A stretch of DNA of 63,790 nucleotides, the filler included, from Stramenopiles sp. TOSAG23-2 (lineage: Eukaryota), in NCBI GenBank assembly GCA_900128395.1. It is 5 parts of 5 records of this genome, joined end to end, with 100 filler letters (N's around TTAATTAATTAA, not from the genome) between each part and the next. Parts side by side here need not be neighbours in the genome. Positions count along the whole stretch, not along the records: positions 1 to 29,280 come from LT649391.1; positions 29,381 to 58,657 come from LT649392.1; 3 more parts are not named here. One strand, given 5' to 3'. Position numbers and translations under genes: made by a program. The notes below the pieces were generated by a model, which was given only the letters and a program-made list of their open reading frames with translations, made no database searches and had not been told where the DNA came from. Positions 22,243 through 33,448 of the stretch are shown here, piece after piece. Position 1 is the first letter of the stretch; each line of letters starts with the position of its first letter.

Positions 22243-23334
22243 TTATTCTTTATTACTTCCAGAGTCATCACTGTTCTTCTTCTTTATATTATTATTATCA
22301 TCCGAATTGGTTTCTTCACCAGTTCGTTCTTCTCCTTCATCTTTCTCTCCTAATACCGTCGGTGTTTTTTTTAACATTATGCCTTTCTTTTTAATAAATG
22401 TACCTTGTTGATATTCTTTAAATGCAATTAATAATTCCTCGCGAGTATTCATAACGAATGGGCCATGTCTTTCAATTGGTTCTTTCAGAGGTTTACCTGC
22501 AAGAAACAAAAATCGTAAATCTTCCGTGTATAATTTTTTATTCCTATTATCTAATTTAGTGACACATTTAAAACGCAAGGAATCTCCTGGTCCCAATAAT
22601 ATGGTGTCTCCATCTGTACATTCTATATCATTAGCACCAAATAGACCAGTGCCATGATACACAAAAACTATACCAGTAGTCATTTTCTCTGGCACTATAT
22701 GTGTATATTCCAAGCCATCGCTACTTTTGCCTTCTAACGTTATTTGAAAATCCAAATATTGACATTCGACTTGTGTTTGAATGATTGCATTTATTCTATG
22801 ACATGTGCCGGCCAATATTTTAGCTTTAAGACCATCTTTAATTTCTACTACAGGTATATCATCACTTGGAATATCTTGATATGATGGATCTGACATTTTT
22901 AAATGACTTGGTAAATTGATCCACATTTGAAAACCATGCAAAATTCCACCAGGATGGTCTCTACCCTCGTCGTGTTCAATTCCAGATCCAGCCGTCATCC
23001 ATTGTACATCCCCAGCTCTTAATATCCCCGAATTTCCCATAGAATCTTGATGCTTCCCTTCACCCTGTAACATATACATAACGGTGTCAAAACCACGGTG
23101 TGGATGCCATGGTGCTCCAGGAAATTCACCTTTGGCATATGATACAGGACCTAGTTCATCTAATAATAAAAATGGATCTGCTTCTTCATCTGATAATGTA
23201 CGTCCAATTGGCCTTCGAATTACAAATCCAGCACCTTCACTTTGTGATTGTGCTTTAAATTTTTTAATCACCGGCTTAACTACATATCCACCAAGACCTT
23301 CGACACGTTCGCCGGGTGTTATCAACGTTGCCAT
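22243..23334 (-). CDS. Pirin-family (bicupin) protein
   Basis: DPFLLLDE, HPHRGFDTV.Y, H.DS.GN.G....GDVQWMTAGSGI.H.E, GFQMWINLP, EPI..HGPFVMNT. Confidence 0.95.
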   Translation of the reverse strand: MATLITPGERVEGLGGYVVKPVIKKFKAQSQSEGAGFVIRRPIGRTLSDEEADPFLLLDELGPVSYAKGEFPGAPWHPHRGFDTVMYMLQGEGKHQDSMGNSGILRAGDVQWMTAGSGIEHDEGRDHPGGILHGFQMWINLPSHLKMSDPSYQDIPSDDIPVVEIKDGLKAKILAGTCHRINAIIQTQVECQYLDFQITLEGKSSDGLEYTHIVPEKMTTGIVFVYHGTGLFGANDIECTDGDTILLGPGDSLRFKCVTKLDNRNKKLYTEDLRFLFLAGKPLKEPIERHGPFVMNTREELLIAFKEYQQGTFIKKKGIMLKKTPTVLGEKDEGEERTGEETNSDDNNNIKKKNSDDSGSNKE

Positions 23335-23889
23335 TGTAGATTTATCAAATTTATCTATCCCTCTGTTTCATTAATCTCTTTTGTCTTTGTATAATTTATT
23401 TTCAACAACTAAAAACTAAAAACTAACAACTTGCGCAAAAAAAAGAAAAAGCCAGAAGAAGATATATTTTAATCGTCTTCTTCTTTGTTGTGGAAAAACT
23501 TTTGTTGGGCATTGATGAAAATGAAGCCGGACGCCAAAACTCAATGCTAAAATGGTGGTAGTAATGGCGGTGGGCGTTTGTATACTAGTATGTAATAATT
23601 TCCTATATCGTGGTTGCCCAGAGTTTTTTTTTGGTAAAAAATACTTTGTTGTTGTTGTTTGCCATATTGTACCAGCATAGGCATAGCCAGTTTGGCAATT
23701 TGTTGTTGTATTATTTTTTGTTGTTGTTGTTGTTTGTTTGTTGTTGTGTTACTATTAATACATATACTTTATAATATATATATATATATATTAGACGGAC
23801 AAACCATGATCAAAATATTTTTAATCTCTATATATATTAGAACAAGCCTTCGTTGTATTACATATATGTAAACATACACACGACATACG

Positions 23890-24531
23890 ATGCAAAATGT
23901 CAAAGTAAAAGTAGATAAATTCAGGGTGAGTCGCCAAGTCGAAATAAATTGGAAAAAAGGGTATGTGAAAAGAACAACTAAACCACCAGAAAAGAAACGA
24001 CCAATGGATCCGAAAGAAATATTTGATAAATTTGATTTAGACGGACAAGGCAGATTGGAGCTGGAAGAGTTTAGAGAATTTTTAAGGGCAGTTGGATTAG
24101 ATAAACGTGACAATGAAAGTGAATTGGAGTATGATGAATGGGTCTATTCAGAGTTTAATAAGGCGGACACAGATGACAGGAAATTTTTGAACTTTAAACG
24201 GTTTCTAGACTGTTACAATCACTTTAAGAGTACAACGTATATTAAAACTTTGTACACAGAAGAACAGAAACCAAAATTACTAAGAATAGTTTACGCTAAT
24301 GGTAAAATTGAATTTATCAATAAAAAGCTTGAAAAAGTTGTACATACAGTGAAAGGTCCAGAGCTTGAAAAATTGGAATTTATAAATTATGAACAAGGTA
24401 GAGATTGGCATGTAGAGTATGATCCAGATAATGGAAATGTGCCGTTGTACAAATGTAATAAAACAAAGGAAACGACCTATACACATCCATTAAGTTTTGC
24501 AGATATTAGACGAATGAAACATTCTGGGTGA
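23890..24531 (+). CDS. EF-hand pair plus C-terminal WW-like domain protein
   Basis: FDKFDLDGQGRLELEEF and F.KADTDDRKFLNF EF-hands; DWHVEYDPDNG..LY....TKETTYTHP WW-like. Confidence 0.7.
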   Translation: MQNVKVKVDKFRVSRQVEINWKKGYVKRTTKPPEKKRPMDPKEIFDKFDLDGQGRLELEEFREFLRAVGLDKRDNESELEYDEWVYSEFNKADTDDRKFLNFKRFLDCYNHFKSTTYIKTLYTEEQKPKLLRIVYANGKIEFINKKLEKVVHTVKGPELEKLEFINYEQGRDWHVEYDPDNGNVPLYKCNKTKETTYTHPLSFADIRRMKHSG

Positions 24532-24592
24532 ATAAAATGATATGTGCACTATAAATATATATATATAATACTTTTATAATTAGCGTTAATAC

Positions 24593-27500
24593 TTAATCCT
24601 CCTCTCCTCTCTCTTCTATATCCACGCCATCATCTTCTTTTTCTACTTCTATCATTACCATCATTTCATTTACAATATGATTTCCAAAAAAGTTGACAAC
24701 TGCATTATATTCTATTTCATTCATCCATTTCTTACATATTGGAAATACATTCCAACAATCTATCGTTCTTGAAAATGTTGCAAATAACAATTGTGTATAT
24801 ATATGAAACCCATTCTTTTCCAACCATTTATCATGAGCCAATTTGAAGTTTTCAAATAATGTTTCCAAAACTTTAGATGTTATCCATGCAGCATTTGTAG
24901 ACAAATATGCGCGTAAATTTGTAATACTTATTATAGCAAGTTCCGTAAATTTATCAATCATTGCTCCTGAAATATTGTCAATCGAATTTAATTTTATTGA
25001 CGGGTATGTACCAGGATATCGGCGATTAAATGGATGTAACTTACATGAAGGAAAACATGCTTCATTCATTGGATGATTATGTTCGCAAATTTCCTCCAAA
25101 ATTTCTACAGTGCTTCTGAAGGCATTTAATTTGTCCCTATTTAATGTACAATTATGATCTAATAAATTATTTTTCTCATGTAAATCAAGTGGTTTATCTT
25201 TTGAAACGCGTTTTTCCATTTTATGATAATGTATAGTGTTATCATTTTCTTTAATAAAACCGTTTAATTCATTTACATTCATTGCTTGGAGCATTTTATC
25301 CATAGTACCCAAATCAACAATCGTCTTCTCAGGTACGTCGTTGACTTCCTCGTTATATGTATTATCGTGATATGGTATAGCTATTAAATCAAAAATCATC
25401 GTACCACGTTGTGGTAATGAGTTTACGAAAAATGATTCATTGTTTAACTTGCCCGTATAATCCACACCTTCTACTGTGGCATTACGAAAGAGCCGTTCTT
25501 TAAATGATATGTTTGTATCTTTAAAAGAAGATATCAACATATTCAAAGCTTTGCGATCAAAATGATTTTCTAGACTAAGGACATACTGCCCAGTCGGATT
25601 ATTTGGAAATATACCATGATACTTATTGATTTCATCTAAGACTAGCTCCACATCAACATCTCTCGAATATTTATCAATAAATGATGGAATCAAGCTTTTA
25701 TTATTATCATCGGTCGTGTTTTGATTGTCGAGTGATAATAATATGCTTACCAAAGCTGCACATTTACAGTTGTTTACTTCGTATATACCACGTGTTCGTT
25801 TAACTTCAGCATTGTTTAAAATTAAACTAAGAATATCATGTCCTTGATTTTCACTAATTTGATAATTTTTACAGATGGAAGCAATCAATTTTAATTTGGA
25901 TTGTGATAACATTGCTTTATTTGGATCTATAATTTCTTCCTCTATTTTCTTCTCCGTGGGTTTTTTCTTTATTTTACGATTTCTACGGCTTCTAGTGGAA
26001 GAAAGGAAATCTAACTCATCGGCTGTTGGCTTTTTATGAGCTGGTGCTGGGCGTTTTATAATCTTTTTAAAATATCTCACAGATACTCTATGTTCTGGAT
26101 TTTGAATTTCATCTTTCAATGTGTCAAATGTGATATTGGCCAATGGCATCTTATCTTTCGAAAATATTGCTTTGCATTGTTCAAAATATACTGATCTTTG
26201 CGATTTAAATTTTGTTTGGTTTGTTTGAACCTGTCCATTGAACATACAAGGTTGCAATTGAAATTCTATGTAACCGTGTGTGGGTAATTTTTTCTTTCCT
26301 TCTATGTAAGCAACCATTGTTTTTTTGTCAAGTTGACGTCCACTAATTGATATGGTTGTATTTTCTAATCGAGCAGTTAATGCAGCTGCACTACCATCCC
26401 CTTGATTCAGAAAGTAAGTTTCATTGCTATATTTCAAAGCTTCAAGAATATCCAATGCAATAAATACTTCTCGCTTAATTCGCAGATCTAAATTGTAATA
26501 GGATATTGGCTCTGTAGATTTCCAAATATCACACCAATATGTAGAATATTCAACCTTTAATTTTGATACAATACCTTCCAATCCTAATTTTCTAATAAAT
26601 GATGTGTTTGGCTTAAAACTTTGCAAGATCATATTCATTGCGTCTGATTCATGAATCGGGTTGTTATCTAAACGTAGTGTCTTCAACGTGTCGTTTTGCT
26701 TTAAGCTTTTTGATATCGATTTACACGCTCTTGACGGTATTTGATTATGTTCTAAGTTCAACACATTTAATGTAGTATTAGTGATTAATGCACTGATTAA
26801 TATCGCCGCACTTTCTCCAAGCGAATTCCATGACAAATCTAAAACTTTTAAGCTCGTGTTTCCACCAGCTGATAAACATTTTGACAAAATCGGTACAGCT
26901 TTTGCATCAAAATTATTCCAACTTAAATTTAAATGCAAGATTCGTAGATTTGGTGAAAATAAATTACCTAGCATTTTACAGCATTTCTGGCTCGTGCCCA
27001 ATTTATTATAACTAAGATTTAAATACAATAACGAATCGCCACTGTATCTTACTAATTCCTTATCCTTTTCATTGTCATCATCATCATCTTGATCCATATC
27101 AAACTTATCAACAATTTTACCATCCTTCTTTAATATACGCCATCGACTGAAGAAAACGGAAACAAATTCTTTATATTGTATCGTTCCGTTTTTATCTATG
27201 TCTAAATGTGCCGTTAGAGCAACGGACTCATCTCGTGTTAATTTGCATCCTAATTTATATAAAAACTTCTTCAATCTTGAAGCATCAACATGTTGCCCAC
27301 GAAAGTCATGAAGGTCGATATTTCCCCTATGTTTTAGCGCAAGTTGATCCAATTTTGAAAGTGCGTGTTTTAAGTTAATTTGTGCTTTCTCCTCCTTCGT
27401 AAGAACTTTCTTCTTCTTTTTTTTTACATATTTTGTTCGTAAAAATTTTTGTATCGTACGTGGATATTTGTCTAAACTAATAGTTTGAAAATACCCATCC

Positions 27501-28774
27501 TTTTCAATCAAAGTTGAAATAGAACTTAATAAAATAGTGGCGACATTATCATTCAGGCGAACGTTTGATAAATTTAAATATTCAACCCTGCATTTTTTTC
27601 TATTTAACATGAACATTAAATAATATGCGGAGCGAAATCCAAATCTATTATCACTAATATCTATTTTGTTTATACTCCATTTATTGACACAGCGTTTTAT
27701 TATATCACCAAGGTAGACATCAATCAATCCACAATTTCTCATATTTATTTCCTTTACCCCATTAAATATGGCTCGGTTTTTTACAAGTGCTTCTACGTAA
27801 TCGCTGTCTAATGAAATTTCATTTGCAATAACTGCTTGGTCTAAGGAATGTTTATATTTTGCTTTACTTTCGTTATTATCTTTATTATTATTATTATTAT
27901 TGATGTTGCTGTAATAATTCTTCAGAAAAATATGCTTCGTCGTTGGTAAATTATTGAAAAGCATTGATTTAACGAAATGCACACGTTTATATTTTTCTAA
28001 ATTCTTCTTCAATAGTTTTATTTCTCGTTTTGTTTTTTTTCCCCGTTTATCTTTAACTTTATTATTTTGTGATAAATACTCAAAGTCCAGTTTAAAATCA
28101 CTATACAAGTTTAATAACTCATCTGTATCTACAGGTTCTACATATTCATTTTGTTCATTAATATCTTCAACGGTATCAATTACATCTTCCATAATACTGC
28201 CAACCAATGATATGTTATGTTGTTTTCGAATTTGTGTGTCATGTAGTTGACGAAAATCATTTGATACTTTCACGTTAAATTTTTCTAACTCTACAGCATT
28301 TTTTTTATTTATTAAATCATCTTCATATGGTGGGTCCCAATCTATTGGTAAGTGGTGTTTTACAGAATTAGCAGTTTCAATTGGATCTAATCTTAGCTTT
28401 ATTTTATTCATTCGACGATGCCGCCTTTTACGGTTTTTAGACAACTTTTTTGTACTGATAGGACTTATACTTTTTGGATGCTTTACAATTTTTTTATCAT
28501 TACTTTTATTGTATTTTTCAGCAATTTTTTTCCTCTTTAAATGTTGTTTTTTTAAACTACCGAAAAAATCAGAGTCATTAGCCATGTCATCCTCGTCACT
28601 ATCTGATAATAAAAACATATCTAACGAACCAACATCTTGACGCCCGACTGGTTTTATTTTTCCAATTAATTTAGCAAACATTTTACATTTGTATATATTA
28701 TTTTGAATGGATACTCTCTCGTTTCTATTTGGTGGTTGGTGGTATGTTGTAGGTTTTACCATATTGAAATACAT
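24593..28774 (-). CDS. Large RI-type leucine-rich-repeat protein with an inserted EF-hand (NLRC3-like LRR)
   Basis: Repeats LNLSYNKLG, LNLSWNNF, LDLSWNSLG, LNLEHNQI, LRLDNNPI; EF-hand DIDKNGTIQYKEF; twice-occurring Y.L.L.....R unit (NPTGQYVLSL...DR). Start uncertain. Confidence 0.8.
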   Translation of the reverse strand: MYFNMVKPTTYHQPPNRNERVSIQNNIYKCKMFAKLIGKIKPVGRQDVGSLDMFLLSDSDEDDMANDSDFFGSLKKQHLKRKKIAEKYNKSNDKKIVKHPKSISPISTKKLSKNRKRRHRRMNKIKLRLDPIETANSVKHHLPIDWDPPYEDDLINKKNAVELEKFNVKVSNDFRQLHDTQIRKQHNISLVGSIMEDVIDTVEDINEQNEYVEPVDTDELLNLYSDFKLDFEYLSQNNKVKDKRGKKTKREIKLLKKNLEKYKRVHFVKSMLFNNLPTTKHIFLKNYYSNINNNNNNKDNNESKAKYKHSLDQAVIANEISLDSDYVEALVKNRAIFNGVKEINMRNCGLIDVYLGDIIKRCVNKWSINKIDISDNRFGFRSAYYLMFMLNRKKCRVEYLNLSNVRLNDNVATILLSSISTLIEKDGYFQTISLDKYPRTIQKFLRTKYVKKKKKKVLTKEEKAQINLKHALSKLDQLALKHRGNIDLHDFRGQHVDASRLKKFLYKLGCKLTRDESVALTAHLDIDKNGTIQYKEFVSVFFSRWRILKKDGKIVDKFDMDQDDDDDNEKDKELVRYSGDSLLYLNLSYNKLGTSQKCCKMLGNLFSPNLRILHLNLSWNNFDAKAVPILSKCLSAGGNTSLKVLDLSWNSLGESAAILISALITNTTLNVLNLEHNQIPSRACKSISKSLKQNDTLKTLRLDNNPIHESDAMNMILQSFKPNTSFIRKLGLEGIVSKLKVEYSTYWCDIWKSTEPISYYNLDLRIKREVFIALDILEALKYSNETYFLNQGDGSAAALTARLENTTISISGRQLDKKTMVAYIEGKKKLPTHGYIEFQLQPCMFNGQVQTNQTKFKSQRSVYFEQCKAIFSKDKMPLANITFDTLKDEIQNPEHRVSVRYFKKIIKRPAPAHKKPTADELDFLSSTRSRRNRKIKKKPTEKKIEEEIIDPNKAMLSQSKLKLIASICKNYQISENQGHDILSLILNNAEVKRTRGIYEVNNCKCAALVSILLSLDNQNTTDDNNKSLIPSFIDKYSRDVDVELVLDEINKYHGIFPNNPTGQYVLSLENHFDRKALNMLISSFKDTNISFKERLFRNATVEGVDYTGKLNNESFFVNSLPQRGTMIFDLIAIPYHDNTYNEEVNDVPEKTIVDLGTMDKMLQAMNVNELNGFIKENDNTIHYHKMEKRVSKDKPLDLHEKNNLLDHNCTLNRDKLNAFRSTVEILEEICEHNHPMNEACFPSCKLHPFNRRYPGTYPSIKLNSIDNISGAMIDKFTELAIISITNLRAYLSTNAAWITSKVLETLFENFKLAHDKWLEKNGFHIYTQLLFATFSRTIDCWNVFPICKKWMNEIEYNAVVNFFGNHIVNEMMVMIEVEKEDDGVDIEERGEED

Positions 28775-29280
28775 ACTATAGTTCTACTGTATGTGTAATA
28801 CGAAAAATAATAAGCATATAATACCAGGCATAATAATAAGCAAAACATAACATACATACCAGCATACAAAAAAAAATAATAACAGTATTAATAATATTAT
28901 AGTTATAGTTATTATATTGTTGTTGTTCATTAGTCTATTATATCTATAGTAGAGGAGAGCTATTTAAATATCATAGTACATAATATATTTATTAGCATGA
29001 TGGTGAGCATGTGACAACAATAGACTTTTTGGTAAAAAAAAAAGCTGTTGTGTTAAGGCATTTAATACGATACCTGGTATTCTGTACTTGATAGTGCATT
29101 ATTTTGTATAAAATAAATAGGACGGTGATGTGAGCCCTCAAATATAAAAAATGTCTGCTGTAAAATTCTCTTGTTGCACTCTTCTATTAATACTAACCTA
29201 TAGGGGTTCAAAAACCTGGGTCACAGTATTCACCTGCTATAGTGGTATATACACTACATAGCATTGTAATGGTATTACTA

Positions 29281-29380
29281 NNNNNNNNNNNNNNNNNNNN
29301 NNNNNNNNNNNNNNNNNNNNNNNNTTAATTAATTAANNNNNNNNNNNNNNNNNNNNNNNNNNNNNNNNNNNNNNNNNNNN
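29281..29380. other. Artificial contig-joining spacer
   Basis: N44-TTAATTAATTAA-N44 (stops in all six frames). Confidence 0.99.
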
Positions 29381-29960
29381 TAATAAGCTTGACTCTGTTG
29401 CACAGTATTAACTTGTGTGTCTACATAAATGGTATCATCGGGATCAGGTGGTTTCGCGTCAGATATTAAAATATCATTTGCGGATGACTCAATGACGTCT
29501 GGTGTGGCCGCTTCATCAGACAAAATATTATAGGCGATTTCAATATTAATGCCAAGTGATGACTTGCCAGTGGTGGTGTTTTGATTAATGTCCGGAGCAT
29601 CAGAACGGCGATTACAATATATAATATTTATTTATTATATAAAAATGGTGGTATGTATGCATACAATATAGATAGATTGATAATTAATAATAATTGTAGA
29701 TTTTTGGATCTAAAAATAGATAATTATTGATGATCTACTCGATCTTAATGCTAATCGCATTGTAGAAGATGGAGTACGAGTTTAGCTGAGTTTATAAATA
29801 GTAACTATAAAGTAAACTATTGTTATCCAATACATAGCGGCGAAATGCCGCTATAACTCTCAATGTATTCAAATAAATGGCGTATATAGAAATTTGTATA
29901 AACGATATTACCATTTTGAAGCTGCAGGTGTTTGAATGAGCAATGCACTACAATTTATGC

Positions 29961-31049
29961 TCAATCGCCTTGTATCATATTCCAAGCCAAAGGTTCCCCC
30001 ATTTCAATATCCCTAGTAGCCGTAAGGCCAACAATCTCTTCCATATGACGCGAATGCAAGCCATTACCTGGTCTAATAGACCTAACATTTATATTTTCAA
30101 GAAAATTTTCACCTTTCTTCATGTCCTTGACAACAAATATCGATCGTCGAAACATTCTAACTTCACCACCGACACCCCCATAATGCACACTACCAAGGCT
30201 CTTCTCAATAGTGCGCACTTCCTCGACCATCTGCTTAAATTCATGCGGTTCAAGGGAAAACGTTGCATCTGGACCACCATCTTTTTCGCGACTTAAAATA
30301 AAATGTTTTTCGATAATTCTACCACCTAAGGCTACAGATGCAATAGGCACACAAGTTGTCAATGTGTGGTCAGATAAACCAACAACGGTATTGAAAGTAG
30401 ACGCTAAATTACGGATGGTATTCAAATGGGCATCCTCCGGTCTAGCGGGATAAGCACTAGTGCACTTCAAAATAGCAAGTTCTTTACAACCATTTGACTT
30501 TAATGTTCTCACAGCTTCTTCGATTTCCCCTATTGTTGCCATTCCTGTTGACATTATAACAGGTTTCCCTGTCTTGGCAACTTTTTTAAGTAAAGGAATG
30601 TCTACGCATTCCATTGACGCAACTTTTAAGATTGGTGTATCCAGTTGTTCAAGAAAATCAACAGCCGTATGATCAAAGGGCGACGAGAAGAAATCGATAT
30701 TTAGGCTATGTGCCAATGCTTGTAACTTGGGGAACCATTCCCAAGGTGTATGAGCGCCTTCAAACAATTTCCATAACGTTTGTGTTCCCCACTGGGTTTT
30801 TACCCCGTCGTGGCCTAATACAAAATGTGGCTTATCACAGTTTAAAGTGATAGTGTCACCAGTGTAAGTTTGCAATTTAATAGCATCACAACCAGTAGCA
30901 GCCGCTGCACGAACTATAGCTTCTGCTCTTTCGTATGATCCTAAGTGATTACACGACATTTCCGCAATTATATAGGTTGGAAAACCAACGCCTATTGTTC
31001 TTTTTCCATATATTTTGCTGTTAATAGTAAATGTTGGTTGGGTTGACAT
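29961..31049 (-). CDS. pseI: Pseudaminic acid synthase (NeuB family, PseI-like) with C-terminal SAF domain
   Basis: IIAEMSCNH.G, KLQTYTGDTITL, AHTPWEW, FSSPFD, STGMAT, LKCTSAYPA, GLSDHT, IIEKHF.LSR..GGPD.FSLEP, FRRS.FVVKD.KKGE, NVRSIRPG.GL. Confidence 0.88.
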   Translation of the reverse strand: MSTQPTFTINSKIYGKRTIGVGFPTYIIAEMSCNHLGSYERAEAIVRAAAATGCDAIKLQTYTGDTITLNCDKPHFVLGHDGVKTQWGTQTLWKLFEGAHTPWEWFPKLQALAHSLNIDFFSSPFDHTAVDFLEQLDTPILKVASMECVDIPLLKKVAKTGKPVIMSTGMATIGEIEEAVRTLKSNGCKELAILKCTSAYPARPEDAHLNTIRNLASTFNTVVGLSDHTLTTCVPIASVALGGRIIEKHFILSREKDGGPDATFSLEPHEFKQMVEEVRTIEKSLGSVHYGGVGGEVRMFRRSIFVVKDMKKGENFLENINVRSIRPGNGLHSRHMEEIVGLTATRDIEMGEPLAWNMIQGD

Positions 31050-31370
31050 AATTTATACGAGTTGCTGCTGTAGTTGTAGGAGAAAGGTTGCTGTTGTGAT
31101 TTTTAAGTAGGAGCAGTCGTTTATGTGTATCAAGGCACACATAATCCAGCATCGCACCATCTTGGTGTTCGGTAGTTATATACAATGCACAAAGTATTAC
31201 ACCACACGGAAATAGGCGAAGTCGAAGTTTATAAATATATAAATTCTGGTATAAAAACATTATCTCTTTTTTTATATACTTATAAGTACTGTAGACTATC
31301 GCGCAGTTATAAAATTTAATAATTTTTAAAAAAGTATGGACCCTTTTGATTTTTTCTCCTTGCGTAAGAA

Positions 31371-31460
31371 TAGGTAAATATTTCTAGTATACAACTACCC
31401 CGTACTTAGACCTAGATTACAACCAATATTTGAGGGGAAAAATACATAATTAAAAAATAT
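31371..31460. repeat. Dispersed ~90-bp repeat, copy 2
   Basis: Close match to 13851-13945 (first 28 bp identical). Confidence 0.85.
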
Positions 31461-31902
31461 AAAAGAAAGATATAATGGGAAAATGTAAAAACTTGACATT
31501 TTGTAATTTATGTGTGATAGATTACTTAAAAAGATGTACAACTTCACCACTGTGCCATTTCACTTTCTGTTGATCAAAAAAAATATTCTTTATATGTATA
31601 AAATCACCATCGTGCCCTTTATAAAAATGCTCAATTCCCAGAGTGCGTTTATAACATCTTCTTGGATTAAAAATATAAATGTTACCAAGTTTTCCAAAAT
31701 TCATGATTTTTTGGGAGATCTAGGAATTATAATGCACGAGGTTTGATAGTAAAATATGTGTATTTTGTACTTTTTAGTATACTAAATATTTATTTGACAA
31801 CTGGAAAGTCTCTCTCAGAAAAATCGGGTCATATATGATTTAAATATTAAACTTAAGATTTTAACCATCAATTAAATATATCATATGATATCATAATATC
31901 AT

Positions 31903-31987
31903 ATATATTTAAAATTACACATCCTGATGCTGCGTAATTACATTAATCAGCGTATCGCAACTATTAAATAATATAATATATTACTCG
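31903..31987. repeat. 85-bp exact repeat, copy 1 (copy 2 at 45324-45408)
   Basis: ATATATTTAAAATTACACATCCTGATGCTGCGTAATTACATTAATCAGCGTATCGCAACTATTAAATAATATAATATATTACTCG identical at both sites. Confidence 0.92.
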
Positions 31988-31992
31988 TATGT

Positions 31993-32922
31993 TTAAGAAT
32001 CATTACTACCCTTATCCACAATTTTCTTTATACTCCAGCGGCGATGAAAATACCATATTTTTGAATTTTCTAGCTTGATTGGAGGAAGATCTAATTCTGG
32101 GTCACGTTTCAAGATATGCTCTATAGTTTCCATGTTCCAACCACGTGCTTTTGTTTCCACTTCAACCACACACACTTCCTTTGATGGTAACATCGGGATT
32201 TCAATTATAATCTTCTTTCTTCTCATCCTGTATGATCCTTTATGTACATTTCGATTTTGTAAATTGAATTTTCTTTCAAATTGTTCCGGTGGAGATGGAC
32301 TACAACAATAAAGTACTTCGCCATTATTATTAAAATATAAATAACGATAGTATCTACACCACAATACTTGACCAGCAGGGACTTCATCCCACATCGAAGG
32401 CGCTTGTCTTCTACGAACATATTTGTATTCTTGGCAGTAATATCCATTCAATTTTGCATATGGGCGTTGCATGAAAACACTTCTCCAAGAATTATGCGAA
32501 GACGGCAATATTTCTGGAAGATAATATTGCGGCGGTTTGAAAATAATTTTACATACAAACTTCCAGAAAAAATCATTGTCTTTGTGTTCAATAATTCGTT
32601 GCAGACTTTTGGACGTATACATCAATCTCCCAGCCATATCCACCGGCAACAATTTAACAATGATTAAAAACAAACCAACTTCGGCTAAACAAAAATTAAT
32701 GAATAAATTATTCTCTTCATTACTATTATTAACAAGATGACTTACAATATTAGCATTAATATTATCATCTTCCGTTGCATATGATGTATTGTTCTTATTA
32801 GCATTGCTATTATCATTATTATTATTATTATTATTATTACCAGTAGCAATAGCAGCAGCAGCAGCAGCAGTGGTCGCAGCAGTGGTCGCGGCAGTGGTCG
32901 CGGCAGTAGTAATGCTTGCCAT
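31993..32922 (-). CDS. FBXO9: F-box protein 9-like
   Basis: Degenerate F-box followed by SWR.VF.QRP..KLNG.Y.....YVR and YYRYL.F...G.V, characteristic of FBXO9/Hrt3. Start placed at MASITT. Confidence 0.75.
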   Translation of the reverse strand: MASITTAATTAATTAATTAAAAAAIATGNNNNNNNNDNSNANKNNTSYATEDDNINANIVSHLVNNSNEENNLFINFCLAEVGLFLIIVKLLPVDMAGRLMYTSKSLQRIIEHKDNDFFWKFVCKIIFKPPQYYLPEILPSSHNSWRSVFMQRPYAKLNGYYCQEYKYVRRRQAPSMWDEVPAGQVLWCRYYRYLYFNNNGEVLYCCSPSPPEQFERKFNLQNRNVHKGSYRMRRKKIIIEIPMLPSKEVCVVEVETKARGWNMETIEHILKRDPELDLPPIKLENSKIWYFHRRWSIKKIVDKGSNDS

Positions 32923-33169
32923 TGTTTGATTGCAGTATTCCTCTTTCTCTCTCTCTCTCTTCTCAGTACATTTCACATGCTTACCTTTTCTCCTATTGTT
33001 TTTGTAATATTTTATTATTGAAATAATAAAAATCAGATGCATGTACCAGGTAGCTCATATAATAATAATAATAAGTAGAAGTATCCTATAGATAATATAA
33101 AAGAAGTTGTTCGAATTGGACGAAGAAGAATGCCAGGTGGAATGCCAGGAATGCCGGAAGCCGGAAGTA

Positions 33170-33448
33170 CAGAAGGAAAAATTTCTGAAAAAATCCGTCA
33201 TACTTTTTTTAAAATATATTAAGTATATATATTTGTAGACTAATAGAATAATCGTCCTAACAAATAAAGCAGGGATACTAGTATACAAATATATATACTT
33301 AATATTTTTAAAAAAGTATGACAGTATGACAGTATGATGACAGTATGACGGATTTCAGAATTTTTTATAGGAACCCTATAGAATACAAATATATATACTT
33401 AATATATTTTAAAAAAAGTATGACGGATTCCAGAAATTTTTCCTTATG
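33170..33448. mobile_element. Putative MITE with ~65-bp terminal inverted repeats flanked by TA
   Basis: Left TA|CAGAAGGAAAAATTTCTG...TCCGTCATACTTTTTTTAAAATATATTAAGTATATATATTTGTA is nearly the reverse complement of 33384-33448 ending CCTTATG|TA; an extra internal TIR copy lies at ~33284-33365. Confidence 0.7.

Noticed and set aside
29325-29336. TTAATTAATTAA palindrome within N runs (four occurrences)
   Set aside because: Artificial six-frame-stop linker
29381-29600. Coding-like fragment at the start of contig 2
   Set aside because: Short, truncated, no ATG or recognisable family
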